Positions 60,983-64,000 of a stretch of 64,000 nt of DNA are shown piece after piece. Within the stretch, counting starts at the first letter, position 1. Each line of letters begins with the position of its first letter. The stretch lies in NCBI RefSeq assembly GCF_009914755.1, contig NC_060938.1; one strand, given 5' to 3'. The notes beneath the pieces were generated by a model that saw nothing but the letters and a program-made list of their open reading frames with translations, was not told the DNA's origin and ran no database searches. Both the position numbers and the translations under genes were made by a program. The DNA is from the human T2T-CHM13v2.0 reference genome, Homo sapiens.

Positions 60983-61395
60983 TGTATTGGTTTTCTCTTG
61001 CTCTTGTAAAAAATTATCACAAATTTAATGGCTTAAAACAACACAGATTTCTTATTTAACAGTTCTGAATGTCAGCTGTTTAAAATGGGTCACAGGGATG
61101 CTTTCCTTCTGGAATGGGAAAATCTGTTTCCTTGCCTTTTCCAGCTATTAGAGGCTGCCAGCATTCCTTGGTTCATGGCCCTGAATAAGTCTGGCCTTTG
61201 CTTCCATTGTCACATTTCCTTTTCTCTTTCATGATTACACTGTCCCTACCCAGATAATCCAGAATAATCCCCCCATCTCAAGATGCTTAAGTTAATTGCA
61301 TTTGTGAAGTCCCTTTTGCAATGTAAAGCAACATGTTCATGGGTTTCAGGATCAGGACATGCACATATCTGAGTGACACTGCACAGCCTACGACA
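60983..61395 (-). mobile_element. MLT1C/D LTR
   Basis: tgtattggttttctcttgct...cacaaatttaatggcttaaaacaacac...cagataatccagaataatcccccatctcaagat. Confidence 0.8.
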
Positions 61396-61759
61396 CCTTT
61401 GATTTGTGATATTCATTGACCACTAATTTATTTATATGCACTTACATTGTAGGTGACACAAAATTGAAAAGGAACTGGATTTTATATTAAGAAGTTTATG
61501 GAAGAGAAAAGAGAGACAGTGAAGACACTGATAAATATTACTATGGGTTCAGGAAATATGTTATGGAAACTCAAAAGAGGAATTACCTTGTACTTTTCAG
61601 TTCACAACCAGAGTATTTACACCTTATCTCTCGGAATCATATTAAGGTATAGAGTGCAGCATGTTCAGATAAAAGAAAGAATTGTTATAGAAATAGAAAA
61701 AAGTCAAGGAAGGCAAAATGAAAAGAACTAGGAATATTTAACTCAGAAAATAGGCTATG

Positions 61760-62732
61760 AAAATGAGTGGATGAAGAAAATATTTGATACGTGTATGAAT
61801 ATTATTTAGCCTTAAAAAAATGAAATCCTGCCATTTGCAACAACACAGATGAACTTGAAGGACGTTATACTAAATGAACTCAGCCAGACACAGAAAGACA
61901 AATACTGCATGATCTGTCTTACTGACATGTGGAATCTAAAATAGTCAAACCCATAGAACAGAGAGTAGAATGGTGGTTGCCAGGGTTTGGGGGTATGGAA
62001 GGAAATTAGGAGATGTTGATCAAAGGACATAAAGTTTCATTTATGCAAGATTAATCAATTCTGAAGTTCTAATGTGTAGCATAGCATAGTGACTATAGTT
62101 AGTAATACTGTATTGTGTACTTGAAATTTGCTAATAGGGTCAATCTTAAGTGTAAGCGTTCTCACCAAGATAATTTTTCTAAAGCTAACTATGAAAGTGA
62201 TGGAAATTTAACTAGCTTGATTGTGGTGATCATTTCACAATGTATGCATATATCAAAGCATCAAGCTGTATACCTTAAATATATATAATTTATATATATT
62301 ATATAATATGAATATATAAAAATTATATATAAATCTGTTATATATATCAAGCTGTATACCTTAAATATATATATTTTAAATATACTTTTTAAAATATATA
62401 TTTTTAAGGTATATTTAAAATATATTTTTTTAAGATATAATAAATACATATATTTTAAATATAAATATATAAATATATATTAAATATATTTTTTAAGGTA
62501 TACAGCTTGATGCTTTGATATATGCATACATTGTGAAATGATCACCACAATCAAGCTAGTTAAATTTCCATCATCTTATATAGTTAGCTTTAGAAAAATT
62601 ATTTTGGTGAGAACACTTACACTTAAGATAGACTTATTTATTTAAATATACATAAATTATATATATATATATATATACGTGTGTGTGTGTAATTTCTAAT
62701 TATCAATTATAACACAATGAAACTGAAAAACT
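61760..62732 (+). mobile_element. L1MA9/L1MB-like 3' end containing an internal inverted duplication
   Basis: gaaatcctgccatttgcaacaaca...aatactgtattgtgtacttgaaatttgct...tagcttgattgtggtgatcatttcacaatgtat. The terminal sequence resumes at about 62690. Confidence 0.85.
62139..62633. repeat. Long inverted repeat (arms 62139-62279 and 62492-62633) with AT-rich spacer
   Basis: Arms are reverse complements with about 6 differences. The inner 82 bp are perfect. Confidence 0.97.
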
Positions 62733-62744
62733 CTTAAAAAGAAG

Positions 62745-63040
62745 AAAAGGGACTGTGATAACTATCTTTAAACACTTGAGGTAATATGATTTGAAAGTAG
62801 GAGTGAACTTGTTCTGTGTATCTCCAAAGACAGAACCAATACATGTAAACAATAGGAAGTCAAACTTTGACTCAAAATAAGAAATAACTCTTTGAAAATC
62901 AAAAGCATCGAAAAGAGGAATGGACTTCTTCAGGAGGAAGGGAAGTAAATAAAAGAGGATATTTGGTTGTGTAATCATAGAGAAGCCTCACACATCAGAT
63001 GTGTGTCTGAACTTGATGATCCTTATTTTCTAAGATCTCC
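62745..63040 (+). mobile_element. L3/CR1-like ancient LINE fragment
   Basis: gggactgtgataactatctttaaacacttgagg...acttgttctgtgtatctccaaagacagaacc resembles the L3 3' region. Confidence 0.5.
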
Positions 63041-64000
63041 AGTTACGTGATTTAGGACAATCTTCCTATAAGGAATTGCAGTTGAGATTCATATGGAAGG
63101 ATAAGTATTAATAGGATTTAGATATCTTTAACTTAGGAGAGGATACATCAAATTGAATGAAAAGCATGAGCCAAATGGAAGCAGGTGGGTGAGTTTGTTT
63201 AATAAATTCTCATGACAGAACCTTCTGTTTGATTTGAAGGTGTGCGCCCGGTAGTATTCAGGCCTGTCTGAGAATGTCTGAAGAACTATTGTACTAAGTC
63301 TGCTAAATGTCTATTGTTTATTCACCAGAGAAACCAAGAATTCTCCTGGAAAATGAATTAAAAATATAGTTGCTCTGAGGAAACTGAGAGAATTAGAGAA
63401 ATTGATATAAATTATTTCCTCAGCTACTCATATTTATTTCCCAATAATCCATCTAGTGTTTCTATAGAGTAGAGGTTTGAGGAGAAGTATCCTTCACCTT
63501 GTTTTATATTTCTTTGTGAAAAACAGCAATTGATGTAACATTAAAGAAGAGTGAATCCTCCTGGTGAATTGGATGAGGAATTAAGCAAAGAAAGAAAATC
63601 TAGTGTCTTCCTTGCATCACCTCTTTGTGTCCATTTCTATCAGAAATCAGACATTCTGTGCTGTTTCCCCATGTCATATTTTACAGGCAAGTCCTCAAAT
63701 GAGGAAGCCCATGGTCTACTGGTACTACCAATATCAAGCTGAATAATTCTTCCTTATTCGGGGATTCAGTATTAAGAAATTTCTTGTTTCCGTATATCTA
63801 AGACAGCTTTTTCAGTATCACTCTTATTATCAGTAATAAAAAAGTAACTGAGCTCCATTCTGACTCACTTTCATCTTCTCAATTGCTTCAGAATTTGGGA
63901 AGGAGGAAAGGGGAATTATTTATTAGACTCCTTCGAACACCAATAGTGAACAAGTTAGAGAAATAATGATTTGTTACTGTTAGTTTAATGCTTTATGCAA

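Noticed and set aside
63551-63742. Possible terminal exon after the acceptor TATTTTACAG at about 63686
   Set aside because: Only a short open frame follows, with no recognisable protein and no linked upstream exon.

Overview
This window is AT-rich primate (probably human or great-ape) genomic DNA, judged from AluY/AluS, L1PA, MER11, LTR8 and MER85 content. It appears intergenic or deep intronic. I found no credible host protein-coding exon, RNA gene or CpG island. The only recognisable protein-coding ORFs are broken fragments of LINE-1 ORF1/ORF2. About half of the window is transposable-element sequence: L1 blocks at about 14.8-28.6 kb, four Alus, many solo LTRs (MER11, LTR22, MER4, LTR8, MER39, LTR47-like, MLT1/MLT2/MST), and MIR/L2/L3 remnants. 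Family names come from my recall of consensus sequences, so subfamily calls need RepeatMasker/Dfam confirmation. I cannot support a claim of a new biological system. The most notable structures are: (1) a near-perfect ~141-bp inverted duplication around a ~93% AT spacer with a nested hairpin at 62.1-62.6 kb, resembling a palindromic AT-rich repeat (PATRR); (2) an L1PA 3' transduction of ~165 bp of foreign sequence with its own AATAAA, poly(A) and target-site duplication (TSD) at 42.1-42.6 kb; (3) a MER85 piggyBac MITE that keeps the CSB-PGBD3 binding palindrome, beside a nest of four LTRs at 37.3-39.6 kb; (4) an unidentified GC-rich insert at 4.3-4.8 kb.
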